A DNA stretch of 64,000 bases from Negativicutes bacterium (GTDB taxonomy: Bacteria > Bacillota > Negativicutes > JALHDB01), in the NCBI GenBank assembly GCA_022840825.1, contig JALHDB010000001.1, positions 362,737 to 426,736 on the forward strand. The letters run 5' to 3'. This document shows positions 30,228 to 40,920 of the stretch, piece after piece. A program made the translations under genes and the position numbers. Below the pieces are notes generated by a model, which was not told the origin of the DNA, ran no database searches, and saw only the letters and a program-made list of their open reading frames with translations. The stretch's first letter is position 1. Each line of letters begins with the position of its first letter.

Positions 30228-31175
30228 ATGCAAACAAGACTTACAACATTGCTCGGCATAAAATATCCAATTATTCAGGGTGGAATGGCTTGGGTATCTG
30301 ATTCAAAGCTGGCCGGTGCGGTTTCCAACGCCGGTGGGGCAGGAATTATTGGTAGTGGGGGGAGAACAACTGAGTGGGTTAAGGAAGAAATTAATAAGAT
30401 TAAGCTTCTGACAGACAAGCCGTTTGGTGTAAATGTAATGCTGATGGCTCCCAACAAAGATGAAGTCGTGGACGTTATTTGTCAGGAAAAGGTGAGTTTT
30501 GTTACTTTAGGGGCAGGAAATCCGGTACCATACATCAAAAAATTCCAGGAAGCTGGTATTAAGGTAATTCCAGTCGTACCAAACCTAAAATTGGCGATGA
30601 GAATCGAAACTAGTGGTGCTGATGCAATGGTTGTTGAAGGAATGGAAGCAGGCGGGCATATCGGGACATTAACAACGATGGCCTTGATGACAAACGTCCT
30701 GCCCAAAATTGGAATTCCGGTTATCGTTGCCGGCGGTATTGCTGACGGACGAGGGATTGCGGCAGCTTTAATGATGGGAGCTGCCGGTGTTCAAATCGGC
30801 TCAAGGTTTATTATGACTAGTGAATGTCCAATGCATGCTAATGCCAAAGCTAAAATTCTAGCTGCAACTGATACTGATTCTGTTGTCACCGGCTATTCAC
30901 GGGGGCATGGTGTACGTGGACTGAGAAATAAGTTTACTGATGCTTTTATGGAGTTAGAAAGGAAAGGAGCTCCTCAGGAAGAATTGGACAGAATATCTAC
31001 AGGGACCAACCGGTTAGCAGCTTGTGACGGCGATGTTGATAACGGCTTGGTTCAAGTTGGACAGAGTTTGGTTGTACTCGACAAAATTCAGTCTGTGCAG
31101 GATGCGGTAGAAGAAATGATGAAGCAAACAGTCGAATGTCTAACAAGCGCAGGTAGCTTGGTGAAATCCATTTAA
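30228..31175 (+). CDS. fabK: Enoyl-ACP reductase FabK-like (nitronate monooxygenase/NPD family FMN oxidoreductase)
   Basis: N-terminal LGIKYPIIQGGMAWVS and a TIM-barrel FMN-binding core. RBS aggaaggtg. Confidence 0.7.
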   Translation: MQTRLTTLLGIKYPIIQGGMAWVSDSKLAGAVSNAGGAGIIGSGGRTTEWVKEEINKIKLLTDKPFGVNVMLMAPNKDEVVDVICQEKVSFVTLGAGNPVPYIKKFQEAGIKVIPVVPNLKLAMRIETSGADAMVVEGMEAGGHIGTLTTMALMTNVLPKIGIPVIVAGGIADGRGIAAALMMGAAGVQIGSRFIMTSECPMHANAKAKILAATDTDSVVTGYSRGHGVRGLRNKFTDAFMELERKGAPQEELDRISTGTNRLAACDGDVDNGLVQVGQSLVVLDKIQSVQDAVEEMMKQTVECLTSAGSLVKSI

Positions 31176-31276
31176 TTGTACTTTGATACGGTAGGAAATG
31201 CCAACATTTATATACTCTAAGCCCTATGATTTGTTGGCTTTGCTGATTGCCGGCAAGAGAATATGCTTTGATATTA

Positions 31277-31317
31277 ATGGGACTATGATATTTATCATAG
31301 TCCCATACATTTTTTTA
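31277..31317 (+). terminator. Rho-independent terminator after fabK
   Basis: 14-bp stem atgggactatgata/tatcatagtcccat, then a T-run at 31311-31317. Confidence 0.85.
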
Positions 31318-33069
31318 TTATGATTTTGGCTTAAGAGACATTGCCAACTTTTCATCGGGAGTAATGTATATTGTGTTTTGATTGGTGTAAATTACATAGC
31401 CAGGTTTTGCTCCGGAAGGCTTTTTTACAAAGCGACGCCTGGTGTAGTCAACCGGAACATTAGCCGATTGTCTGGCTTTACTGTAGTAACTGGCTAAGAT
31501 GGCGGCACTATTTAATGCTTTTTCAGATGGTTCCCGGCCTTCGCAATGAAGAATTACATGTGAACCCGGTATATCTTTTGTATGAAACCAATAATCGTCA
31601 GGACGCGCGATCTTGAAAGTTACCATGTCATTCTGACGGTTGTTTTTGCCAACAGTAATTTTAAATCCATCATCTGTATAGAACTGCCTTGGCAGGGCAG
31701 CGGACGATTCATTTTTGGGGGACATATTTTTTACTTTAGTTTTGGCTGGGAATAATTCTTGGCGAATTTCCTTGATTTCCTGGATAGTTTCGGCTTGATC
31801 AAGGGCTAACTCAACTGATTCATAATATTGCTTTTCCTGCTGGCTGGCAGATAATTGACCAGCCAATATTCCTTGAGCTCTTTTAAATTTGTTATACTTT
31901 GCGTAATAGCGTTGAGCATTTTCAATTGCAGTGTGCTGAGGATCAAGCTGAATGACTATCTCTGCCGTATTTTTACTATTATACAAATCAGGAAGGCTAA
32001 TCTCGCTCATCCCGCGGGAAATAATATGAGCAAAGGCCATAATAAGATCGGCTTGTTCCCGATATTCTTCCGCTGTGCTTGCATCGGCAAGCTCTTTTTT
32101 TATTACTTGCAGCTTGCGGTCAATTTTATTTATTTCTTGGCCGATCAATTTTTTAAGGCTGTCTTTTTCATCATGGTGGGTACCTCGTTGATTAAGCGAA
32201 AAATCTGCAGCATCATTCATGGAAGTAAAAGATATAGTACGGTTCGGAATATCAATGTGTTTTAGCGGAAAAGCGGTTATACCTTGCACTGCCTCTTTTT
32301 CATTAAGCAGTACAGTTGGCTTTATCGCTGCACTTTTGATACTCTTTACGATATTTTCGAGAGTTTGTATCAGCGATTGGATAGCTGATTGATCTAGGCA
32401 TTGCGGTAATATGTTCTCAGTAAGTCCGGCGCGCCACAAAATTTCTTTGGCAGTAAGCGGACCAATACCTATTCCGGTGTTAATTATTGCTTTTGCTAAT
32501 GGGACTTGTTGTTGCTGCAAAATCTTAACAAAATATTGGGGAGAAGCTTCGAGAATGTTGATTCTATCCTGGTGTGGGGGTGGTGAATAAGCTATGCCGG
32601 GAAGAATTTGGCGGAATCGGTTTTGGTTGATTCCTACATGTTTTATTGCATCGATAATATTTTGATTTATGCAAAATATTATATTGCTGTGCTTACCCAT
32701 GAGCTCAATAGTAATGCATTTCGTTTCGATAATATTCCGTTTGTCTTTTACATCAATTTGAATTTCAACAATTCTGTCCAAAGATTTTTGTACTAACCTG
32801 CCGATTCGGCCGTCTTCTAAATGCTTTCTTAACAACATGCAAAAGGCTGGCGGGTTTGCTGGGTTTTCGGGTAAATTGTGTTGCGCAATTAACAGACAGG
32901 GATGTTGAGGGTCGGCTGATAGTAGTAAGGGAAAGCTGCTTCCGTTATTGCGAACCCATATAATTAACGAAAATTTACCAGGCTGAAAAATTTTCTCGAT
33001 TCTTCCGCCAATTAAGAGTTTATTCAAGTCATCAACAACTAACTTAAGGGACAAGCCGTCAATTTTCAT
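31318..33069 (-). CDS. rqcH: Ribosome quality control factor RqcH (NFACT/FbpA family, YloA)
   Basis: NFACT-N, coiled-coil and NFACT-R (DUF814) organisation. It is divergent from a Ca-ATPase gene as B. subtilis yloA is from yloB. I placed the start at the ATG at 33069 (MKIDGLSLKL) after ggagga; the ORF track begins at GTG 33090. Confidence 0.8.
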   Translation of the reverse strand: MKIDGLSLKLVVDDLNKLLIGGRIEKIFQPGKFSLIIWVRNNGSSFPLLLSADPQHPCLLIAQHNLPENPANPPAFCMLLRKHLEDGRIGRLVQKSLDRIVEIQIDVKDKRNIIETKCITIELMGKHSNIIFCINQNIIDAIKHVGINQNRFRQILPGIAYSPPPHQDRINILEASPQYFVKILQQQQVPLAKAIINTGIGIGPLTAKEILWRAGLTENILPQCLDQSAIQSLIQTLENIVKSIKSAAIKPTVLLNEKEAVQGITAFPLKHIDIPNRTISFTSMNDAADFSLNQRGTHHDEKDSLKKLIGQEINKIDRKLQVIKKELADASTAEEYREQADLIMAFAHIISRGMSEISLPDLYNSKNTAEIVIQLDPQHTAIENAQRYYAKYNKFKRAQGILAGQLSASQQEKQYYESVELALDQAETIQEIKEIRQELFPAKTKVKNMSPKNESSAALPRQFYTDDGFKITVGKNNRQNDMVTFKIARPDDYWFHTKDIPGSHVILHCEGREPSEKALNSAAILASYYSKARQSANVPVDYTRRRFVKKPSGAKPGYVIYTNQNTIYITPDEKLAMSLKPKS

Positions 33070-33186
33070 GTTTTCCTCCAGAAAAATCACTGAATAGTGC
33101 CGTCGTTTACTAGGCTAATTAAGGTCTAATCCTATTATAAACCGAATAACATGAAAAGACAGAAAATTTTTTGCGAGGTGGACCCG

Positions 33187-35925
33187 GTGAAACAACAGTG
33201 GCATTGCAGAAACGTATCGGAGATTGTTGAGCATTTCTCCACCAATATAATTGACGGTCTGACGACCTCTGAAGTAGAAAAACGTCTGGACAAGATAGGG
33301 TATAATGAATTAAGGCAAGTACCAAATAAATCACTGTTACTCAAGTTTATTCTGCAATTTCAAGATTTTATGGTGCTGGTACTGCTTGGTGCAACTTTGA
33401 TATCAGCATTGTTAGGTGAGTACGTTGATGCATTAACTATATTAGCAATTGTAATGGTAAATGCCATATTAGGCTTTATTCAAGAATACCGCGCCGAACA
33501 ATCTCTTAGTGCATTAAAAAAACTGTCTGCGCCGCATGCCAGGGTTATACGTAACGGGGTGGTGCAGCGGGTTCCAACTTGTGAATTGGTTCCTGGAGAT
33601 GTGTTGCTCTTAGAGTCCGGTGATAAGGTAGCAGCAGATGCGCGAATAGTTGATACGCAAAACTTAGAGGTAGAAGAATCAGCTTTAACAGGAGAATCGC
33701 TACCAGTCAGAAAAAGCAATAGCTGTAAATTATCCGACGAAACGCCTGCTGCGGACAGAACAAATATGGTTTATGCTGCTACAAGCGTTACTAGAGGACG
33801 AGGTAAAGCTATTGTTTGTTCGACAGGTATGCAGACTGAAGTTGGCCGTATTGCCGATTTGCTGCAAAACGTACAGGAAGAAAAAACGCCGTTGGAGAAA
33901 AGACTCGACAGACTTGGCAAATGGCTGGTATGGGCCTGTCTTTTTATTTGTTTAGTTGTTGTGATAACCGGTGTCATTAAAGGCGAGTCTTTGTTTTTAA
34001 TGTGTATGGCCGGTATTAGTTTGGCTGTTGCCGCTATTCCCGAAGGTTTACCGGCTATTGTTACGGTTTCGTTAGCTTTGGGCATGCAAAGAATGATTAA
34101 ACGCAATGCAATTGTAAGAAAGCTGCCGGCAGTCGAAACGTTGGGATGTGTTACGGCAATTTGTTCTGATAAAACCGGGACATTGACTCAGAATGCAATG
34201 ACGGTGCGAAAAATAATGGTAGATGAAAAAACGTATGAAATGACAGGTAGTGGTTATAATTTGCATGGCGAGCTATTACTTAACGGTAAACCCGTCGAAA
34301 AAGCAGATTACTCACTACACCAGTGCTTGTTAATAGGCTGTTTGTGTAATAACAGTATATTAAAACGTAACAAAGTAGGAATTAGCGGGTTATGGCGAAA
34401 TATCGATGAGAAATGGGAAATTGAAGGAGATCCAACCGAAGGAGCATTAATTGTAGCGGCAGGTAAGCTTGGTATTTGGCGGGATAACATTGAGAAAAAT
34501 CAAACGAGAGTTGCTGAAATTCCTTTTGAATCAGAACGCAAAAGAATGTCAGTCATCTATCGGGATAAGACTAATCAACATACCGTATATCTGAAAGGAG
34601 CACCGGACACAATTTTAGAAAAATGCCGCTATTATTTACAAGATTCCAGACGCGTAGATCTAAATGAAAATAAGCGGCAAGAATTAATGCAGCAAGTAGA
34701 CGAATTGGCTAAACAATCACTGCGTATTTTGGCTGTTGCCTTTCGGTCAATTTTACCCGCTGAAGCGGCCCGATTTGAAGAACAAAGTGAAAATAATCTT
34801 ATCTTTGCCGGGCTAATTGGTATGATTGATCCGCCACGCACCGAGGCTAAACATGCAATTATGCTTTGTAAGCAAGCCGGAATTAAAACCATTATGATAA
34901 CCGGCGATCATAAAAATACGGCAATGGCCATTGCCGAGGAATTAAAAATGATTGGTGACAAGGAACTTGCTTTAACAGGAAATGAGCTTGATAGCTTAAC
35001 TGATAAACAATTAGGAGAAATGGTTGACAGAGTTGCTGTATATGCAAGGGTGTCACCAACGCATAAGCTGAGAATTGTAAAAGCTTTAAAAAAGCGAGGA
35101 CATATTGTGGCAATGACTGGTGATGGAGTAAATGATGCTCCCGCCATAAAGGAAGCTGATATTGGTATTGCTATGGGACTCAGTGGAACAGAAGTAACGA
35201 AGGAGGCATCGTCTATAATTTTAGCCGATGATAATTTTGCAACCATCGTTGCAGCCGTAGAAGAAGGACGCGGAATATATGATAATATCCGAAAGTTTAT
35301 CCGCTATTTGTTGGCTTGCAATCTAGGCGAAGTTCTTACTATGTTCGGAGCTTCGTTAGTCGGATTTCCCTTACCAATGATACCTGTGCAGGTCCTATGG
35401 GTCAATCTGGTGACAGATGGGTTGCCGGCTATGGCGTTAGGCATAGACCCCAAAGATCAATATATTATGCAGAGACCTCCGCGAAGTCCTGGGGAAAGTG
35501 CTTTTTCCCGAGGATTAAGTAAGAAAATTCTAGCCCGTGGTTTTCAAATTGGGGTTAGTAGCTTAGCTGTCTTTGCTTTTGCCTATTTTTATCGGCAAGA
35601 TTTAGTTTTGGCAAGAACAATGAGTTTAACGACATTAGTATTTTGCCAAATGTTTCATGTTTTTGATTGCCGGTCAGAAATTCAAACAGTGTTTGAATAT
35701 AATCTGGGAACAAACCGTTATTTGGTTTTAGCTGTATTATGTTCGATATTAATGCAAGTTACATTAATTTACCATCCAATACTACAAACTGTTTTTTCAA
35801 CAAAACCCATAATGGCTTTTGATTGGGGAATAATTTTAATGGTTTCCGGTTGGACTTTTATTGTTGCTGCCATAAAAAGAATAATTAGAGGTAAAAAAAT
35901 TCGGCAACCAAGTTTTATTCAGTAG
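33187..35925 (+). CDS. yloB: Calcium-translocating P-type ATPase (YloB-like, PMCA/SERCA type)
   Basis: DKTGTLT phosphorylation site, TGDGVNDAPA, and the N-terminal TTSEVEKRL..GYNEL motif. I placed the start at the GTG at 33187 after gcgaggtgg; the ORF track begins at 33151. Confidence 0.9.
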   Translation: MKQQWHCRNVSEIVEHFSTNIIDGLTTSEVEKRLDKIGYNELRQVPNKSLLLKFILQFQDFMVLVLLGATLISALLGEYVDALTILAIVMVNAILGFIQEYRAEQSLSALKKLSAPHARVIRNGVVQRVPTCELVPGDVLLLESGDKVAADARIVDTQNLEVEESALTGESLPVRKSNSCKLSDETPAADRTNMVYAATSVTRGRGKAIVCSTGMQTEVGRIADLLQNVQEEKTPLEKRLDRLGKWLVWACLFICLVVVITGVIKGESLFLMCMAGISLAVAAIPEGLPAIVTVSLALGMQRMIKRNAIVRKLPAVETLGCVTAICSDKTGTLTQNAMTVRKIMVDEKTYEMTGSGYNLHGELLLNGKPVEKADYSLHQCLLIGCLCNNSILKRNKVGISGLWRNIDEKWEIEGDPTEGALIVAAGKLGIWRDNIEKNQTRVAEIPFESERKRMSVIYRDKTNQHTVYLKGAPDTILEKCRYYLQDSRRVDLNENKRQELMQQVDELAKQSLRILAVAFRSILPAEAARFEEQSENNLIFAGLIGMIDPPRTEAKHAIMLCKQAGIKTIMITGDHKNTAMAIAEELKMIGDKELALTGNELDSLTDKQLGEMVDRVAVYARVSPTHKLRIVKALKKRGHIVAMTGDGVNDAPAIKEADIGIAMGLSGTEVTKEASSIILADDNFATIVAAVEEGRGIYDNIRKFIRYLLACNLGEVLTMFGASLVGFPLPMIPVQVLWVNLVTDGLPAMALGIDPKDQYIMQRPPRSPGESAFSRGLSKKILARGFQIGVSSLAVFAFAYFYRQDLVLARTMSLTTLVFCQMFHVFDCRSEIQTVFEYNLGTNRYLVLAVLCSILMQVTLIYHPILQTVFSTKPIMAFDWGIILMVSGWTFIVAAIKRIIRGKKIRQPSFIQ

Positions 35926-35970
35926 TAACAGTGTTATAATAGATGGAAAAAAGATATGCAGGAGGAAAAT

Positions 35971-36804
35971 ATGCGTTTCAGTAAATGGCATGGATTAGGT
36001 AATGATTTCGTAATTATTGACGGATTTGAGGAGAGTATTAACGATTTAAGATTAGCTGAATTTGCTGTTAAAGTTTGTAACCGGCATTTTGGAGTCGGCG
36101 CGGATGGGGTAGCTTTGATTTTACCATCAGCTATTGCAGATTTTCGTATGCGATTAATTAATTCCGACGGCAGCGAAGCAGAAATGTGCGGCAATGTGAT
36201 TAGATGTGTTGCCCGGTATATGGTCGATAAAGGTTCAATAACTCATAGCAAAATGTCTGTTGAAACCTTAGCCGGTATCATTAAGCCGGAAGTAATGACT
36301 AATACCCCCGATACTGTTCGTGTTGACATGGGTGAACCACGGTTATCGCGAGGTACTATACCGATGATTGGGAATCCTAATGAACAGGCTATTGCAGTCC
36401 CTTTGCAAATTGATGATCAAGTATTTATGATTACAGCAGTATCAATGGGGAATCCTCATTGTATAATTTTTGTTGATGATTTAGCAAAAGTTAAATTGGA
36501 AGAAATTGGGCCGCGGGTTGAAAAACACGGTTTCTTTCCTAAAAAAACAAATGTTGAATTCGTTCAGATAATTGATCGGGCTAATGTGCGTATGCGTGTA
36601 TGGGAACGCGGTGCGGGAACAACTTTGGCCTGTGGTACCGGAGCCAGTGCAACTTTAGTAGCTACTGTACTTAATAATAAAACAGACCGGCAGGCTAATA
36701 TAGTTTTAGACGGAGGGACGTTAATGATTGAATGGGCCGGCGATAATCATGTCTACATGACCGGCCCGGTGGCAAGAGTATTTAATGGTGAGTATTTGGG
36801 ATAA
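35971..36804 (+). CDS. dapF: Diaminopimelate epimerase DapF
   Basis: MRFSKWHGLGNDFVIIDG and a second catalytic Cys region (GNPHCIIF). RBS aggagg. Confidence 0.9.
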   Translation: MRFSKWHGLGNDFVIIDGFEESINDLRLAEFAVKVCNRHFGVGADGVALILPSAIADFRMRLINSDGSEAEMCGNVIRCVARYMVDKGSITHSKMSVETLAGIIKPEVMTNTPDTVRVDMGEPRLSRGTIPMIGNPNEQAIAVPLQIDDQVFMITAVSMGNPHCIIFVDDLAKVKLEEIGPRVEKHGFFPKKTNVEFVQIIDRANVRMRVWERGAGTTLACGTGASATLVATVLNNKTDRQANIVLDGGTLMIEWAGDNHVYMTGPVARVFNGEYLG

Positions 36805-36882
36805 TTAGCTGGCGGCTTATTTATTTTAAGAAAAAAGGAAAAAATCCCATGCTTCTCGTAATAGGTAGGAGGAGGTGTATTT

Positions 36883-37476
36883 ATGCGAATTTTAAAAATA
36901 ACAGTTATTATGCTGTTATTGTTAACAAAATCCGTAATGGCAGTTTCACCTATTACCATGTCAATTGTGCATGAAGCCCAAGAATATGGAATTAATCAAG
37001 CCAAAAATGATTCGAGAAATATTTTGGATGCTTGGACAGTTTATGAAGAAAAAGTCGTCAAGCTTAATCCTACGGCTGAGAAGGCTTGTATTTACACTCC
37101 ATACCTACTATTAGCATTGGATGCCCGAGAAAAATTTCTTAAAGGAGAAAAAGTTCGGTTGTTGGACAGCAGGGCGGTTCTTAACAACTATGCCGGCACA
37201 TTAGTGTTTAGTGCAGTATTATTTGGTAATACGCCGGATTTTACGGACGGTTTAATGGTGGTTTTGCGACAGAATAAGAAGATTATTAAAGCTTATCAAG
37301 TTATTTATTCTAAAGAACAGTTGATTAAACAGTCTGGTAAAAATAGACTATATACAAAAAATTGCTATTTTTATTTTAAAGAGCGGGACATTGCTTTAGC
37401 AAGACCGGTTACTTTGACTATATATGGCAAACACAAGCCCCGCAATTTTTATTTTAACTTGCCAAAATTCAAATGA
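36883..37476 (+). CDS. Hypothetical exported protein (signal peptide, no recognised domain)
   Basis: 197 aa; N-terminal MRILKITVIMLLLLTKSVMAVSP signal-like segment; Lys/Tyr-rich. Strong RBS ggaggaggtg. Confidence 0.5.
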   Translation: MRILKITVIMLLLLTKSVMAVSPITMSIVHEAQEYGINQAKNDSRNILDAWTVYEEKVVKLNPTAEKACIYTPYLLLALDAREKFLKGEKVRLLDSRAVLNNYAGTLVFSAVLFGNTPDFTDGLMVVLRQNKKIIKAYQVIYSKEQLIKQSGKNRLYTKNCYFYFKERDIALARPVTLTIYGKHKPRNFYFNLPKFK

Positions 37477-37574
37477 TGGCAATAAAGGAATTATTAGCTA
37501 AGTAGCGAAAATAACATGGTTAACCAGACTAATTATTCGTTCTGTCGCTAATACTAACATACTGAAGGGGTGTT

Positions 37575-38474
37575 ATGGTGCTTAAAAGCATGACCGGTTT
37601 CGGCCGTGGCGAATACTTGGACAAGGAACATCGTTTTTTGATAGAAGTTAAGGCAGTGAATCATCGTTTCAATGAAATTGTTATTCGGATGCCAAAAAAT
37701 TTAGGCCAATTGGAAGATAAAATCAGAAGGTATATTGCGCAGGAATTGCCGAGGGGGAGAATTGATGTTTTTGTATCTGTTGATGAGTATAGCTCCCAAC
37801 AGCGCGTAATTCGAGTTGACAAAGAATTGGCATTAGCTTACTATAATGGTCTAAGGGAGCTTGAACGATCCGTTTGGGGATCGGATAAAAAAATCGATGA
37901 GCAATATTTATTTAATATAGCAAAATTCCCTGATGTATTAAAAGTTGAAGAATTTGCGGAAGAGGCTGAGTTGTTATGGCCAAAGCTGCATGAAGCGCTT
38001 CAGGTTGCAACAAAAAACCTGCTTATTATGAGGAAAACTGAAGGAGAGAATATCGAACGTGATTTACGTATGCGAATCGATAAATTGGAGCAGCAGGTCG
38101 GCCTTATAGAATTGCGTGCTCCGGAGATAGTCTCTGAATATCGTAACAAATTACTTGATCGAATGCGGGATATTTTGCAGAGTGTTGGGGCGCACCCTGA
38201 GGATAACCGTATATTACAAGAGGCTGCACTGTTTGCGGATCGAATAAGTATTACCGAAGAATTAGTAAGGTTAAAAAGCCATATTGATCAGTTCAGAAAT
38301 AATTTAGGCTCAATAGGAGCAGTAGGGAGGAAGTTAGACTTCATTATTCAGGAAATCAACCGGGAAACGAATACAATTGCCTCCAAATCCAATGACTATC
38401 AAGTTGCAAATATTGTCGTAGAGATAAAAAGTGAAATAGAAAAGGTCAGAGAGCAGATTCAAAACATAGAGTAA
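37575..38474 (+). CDS. yloC: YicC/YloC family protein
   Basis: MTGFGRGE N-terminal motif and a conserved C-terminal DUF1732 region. Confidence 0.85.
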   Translation: MVLKSMTGFGRGEYLDKEHRFLIEVKAVNHRFNEIVIRMPKNLGQLEDKIRRYIAQELPRGRIDVFVSVDEYSSQQRVIRVDKELALAYYNGLRELERSVWGSDKKIDEQYLFNIAKFPDVLKVEEFAEEAELLWPKLHEALQVATKNLLIMRKTEGENIERDLRMRIDKLEQQVGLIELRAPEIVSEYRNKLLDRMRDILQSVGAHPEDNRILQEAALFADRISITEELVRLKSHIDQFRNNLGSIGAVGRKLDFIIQEINRETNTIASKSNDYQVANIVVEIKSEIEKVREQIQNIE

Positions 38475-38524
38475 TATAGGAAGCATTTTAATCAATGTAA
38501 TGGATAGTAGGAGGAGTCTAATTT

Positions 38525-38788
38525 ATGGAGATAAAACTAATCAATATTGGTTTTGGTAATATTGTTTCAGCGAATCGTATTGTCTCAATTGTTAGTCCGG
38601 AGTCTGCCCCCATTAAAAGAATAGTGCAAGAGGCTCGGGATAGAGGAATGCTCATAGACGCTACATTTGGCAGAAGAACCAGAGCAGTAATTATTACCGA
38701 CAGTGATCACGTAATTTTATCGGCAGTACAACCCGAAACGGTAGCACATCGGTTGTCAAGCAGAGATATTGATGATACGGCAGAATAG
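38525..38788 (+). CDS. remA: Extracellular matrix/biofilm regulator RemA (DUF370, YlzA)
   Basis: [25 protein letters not shown] signature; 87 aa. Confidence 0.9.
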   Translation: MEIKLINIGFGNIVSANRIVSIVSPESAPIKRIVQEARDRGMLIDATFGRRTRAVIITDSDHVILSAVQPETVAHRLSSRDIDDTAE

Positions 38789-38811
38789 TGGGAAGGGGAT
38801 TTCTTTTAGTT

Positions 38812-39426
38812 ATGATTCAGCAAGGAATATTGATTGTCTTGTCCGGTCCGTCAGGAACCGGGAAAGGTACAATTTGTAAACAATTGTTGCTATGTAATCA
38901 GCAGCTACAATATTCGATTTCTGTTACGACGCGTGAACCACGCAGTAATGAAGTTAATGGAATTAATTATTGGTTTACTTCACATGCCGAGTTCGAACAG
39001 ATGATACATGCGAATGAATTGTTGGAATGGGCTCAAGTCTATGACAATTATTACGGTACTCTCCGTAGTTATGTATGTAACAATTTGGATCAAGGCCGCG
39101 ATGTCATTCTTGAGATTGATACGCAAGGTGCAATGCAGGTTAAAGCAAAGTTCCCACAAGGCGTATTTGTTTACATTGTTCCTCCGTCGCTAGATGAATT
39201 AGCTAATAGAATATATAAACGAGGAACTGATAACTTAGAATCTATATCCAAACGTCTTAGCTCCGCCAGTAAAGAGTTAGTAAGTGCAATGAATTACGAT
39301 TATGTTGTTGTCAATGATGAAGTTGATGTTGCTGTGAAAAAAATTTGTGCTATCATTGAAGCAGAAAAATTGAAAGTACAGCGCAATATTGGATTAATTG
39401 AAGCGATATGTCATAATCAATTGTAG
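38812..39426 (+). CDS. gmk: Guanylate kinase Gmk
   Basis: P-loop GPSGTGKGT and GMP-binding residues. I placed the start at the ATG at 38812 (MIQQGILIVLSGPSG); the ORF track begins at 38788. Confidence 0.9.
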   Translation: MIQQGILIVLSGPSGTGKGTICKQLLLCNQQLQYSISVTTREPRSNEVNGINYWFTSHAEFEQMIHANELLEWAQVYDNYYGTLRSYVCNNLDQGRDVILEIDTQGAMQVKAKFPQGVFVYIVPPSLDELANRIYKRGTDNLESISKRLSSASKELVSAMNYDYVVVNDEVDVAVKKICAIIEAEKLKVQRNIGLIEAICHNQL

Positions 39427-39446
39427 TTGGAAGGAGGAATTTTTAA

Positions 39447-39653
39447 ATGATTGAACCGTCGTTAGATACTATTGTACATAAAGTTGACAGCAAGTATACA
39501 CTTGTAGTTTTAGCAGCCAAACGGGCACGTGAAATTTTGAATGGAGATAGTCCGCTGGTTGATTGCAAATCAAATAAACCGGTAACGATTGCTTTGCAAG
39601 AATTGGCAAAAAATAGAATTACTTTTGAGCGGACGAAATCAGGCATTAAGTAG
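39447..39653 (+). CDS. rpoZ: DNA-directed RNA polymerase subunit omega RpoZ
   Basis: 68 aa with the YTLVVLAAKRAREI motif. Confidence 0.88.
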   Translation: MIEPSLDTIVHKVDSKYTLVVLAAKRAREILNGDSPLVDCKSNKPVTIALQELAKNRITFERTKSGIK

Positions 39654-39662
39654 GAGGCTATC

Positions 39663-40868
39663 ATGTTGCAAGGAAAGAATATCGTCTTAGGAGTAACAGG
39701 CGGTATTGCAGTTTATAAATCTGTAGAAATTGTAAGTCGTTTACGAAAAGCTGGAGCTCAAGTTAAGGTTATTATGACGGAAGCAGCTGCAAAATTTGTT
39801 ACGCCTTTGACATTTAGAGAAATTAGTCAGAATCCTGTGTCTGTAAGTATGTGGACAGAGGTTGCTAATTGGAATGTTGAGCATATTGCGTTAGCTGGTT
39901 GGGCTGATTTGTTTTTAATTGCACCGGCTACAGCCAACTTTATCGGGAAAGTAGCAAATGGTATTGCTGATGACATGTTAACTACTACCGTCATGGCTAC
40001 CCGGGCCAAAGTAATTATCGCTCCTGCTATGAATACTAATATGTTTGAAAATCCTATTGTTCAAGAAAATATAAAAAAATTGATACGGTTAGGTTATGTA
40101 ATAATTCCACCGGCGACGGGAAAATTAGCTTGTGGAACAGAAGGAAGCGGGCGTTTACCTGAGCCTATTGATATTGTTACGGTATTAACAAGCTTGCAGC
40201 GTCGACAACTGCAATCCTTAAGAGGGAAAAAGGTTGTTGTCACGGCGGGAGGAACACAAGAACCAATTGATCCTGTTCGTTATGTTGGAAATAATTCCAG
40301 TGGCAAAATGGGTTATGCGGTAGCTAAGATAGCTAAGTCAAGAGGCGCAGAAGTGGTTTTAGTTTCAGGCCCTACATACTTACCTGATCCCCCTGGGGTG
40401 AAAGTGATCAGAGTAAAGACAGCACTCCAAATGCGTGATGCGGTATTAAATGAATATTCTGATGCGGATATTGTTGTCAAGGCTGCGGCTGTTGCCGATT
40501 ATCGACCCCAACAAACAGCTGAACAAAAAATAAAAAAATCTGATTCAAATCTAACAATTGTTTTAGAAAAGAATCCAGATATTTTGTTAGAGTTAGGGCA
40601 GAAAAAAACAAAACAATTTCTGGTAGGCTTTGCTGCGGAAACCCAAGAATTATTAGCAAATGCAAAGGAAAAATTATTGAAGAAGAATTTAGATATGATC
40701 ATTGCCAATGATGTTACTATTGCGGGGGCCGGATTTAATGCCGATACTAATATTATAAAAATGATATTAACGGATGGAACTGTTATAGAATTACCGCAAT
40801 TGTCTAAAGAAGAAGTAGCTGAAGAAATATTTAACAGAATTGAATCTTTATTGCCGGTACGTTCTTGA
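39663..40868 (+). CDS. coaBC: Bifunctional phosphopantothenoylcysteine decarboxylase/synthetase CoaBC
   Basis: N-terminal flavoprotein domain (GVTGGIAVYK) and a C-terminal CoaB domain. Confidence 0.9.
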   Translation: MLQGKNIVLGVTGGIAVYKSVEIVSRLRKAGAQVKVIMTEAAAKFVTPLTFREISQNPVSVSMWTEVANWNVEHIALAGWADLFLIAPATANFIGKVANGIADDMLTTTVMATRAKVIIAPAMNTNMFENPIVQENIKKLIRLGYVIIPPATGKLACGTEGSGRLPEPIDIVTVLTSLQRRQLQSLRGKKVVVTAGGTQEPIDPVRYVGNNSSGKMGYAVAKIAKSRGAEVVLVSGPTYLPDPPGVKVIRVKTALQMRDAVLNEYSDADIVVKAAAVADYRPQQTAEQKIKKSDSNLTIVLEKNPDILLELGQKKTKQFLVGFAAETQELLANAKEKLLKKNLDMIIANDVTIAGAGFNADTNIIKMILTDGTVIELPQLSKEEVAEEIFNRIESLLPVRS

Positions 40869-40920
40869 TTTTTTTCAATTAATCGATTAGAATATTAGCG
40901 GTATGGATAAAATGAATATT

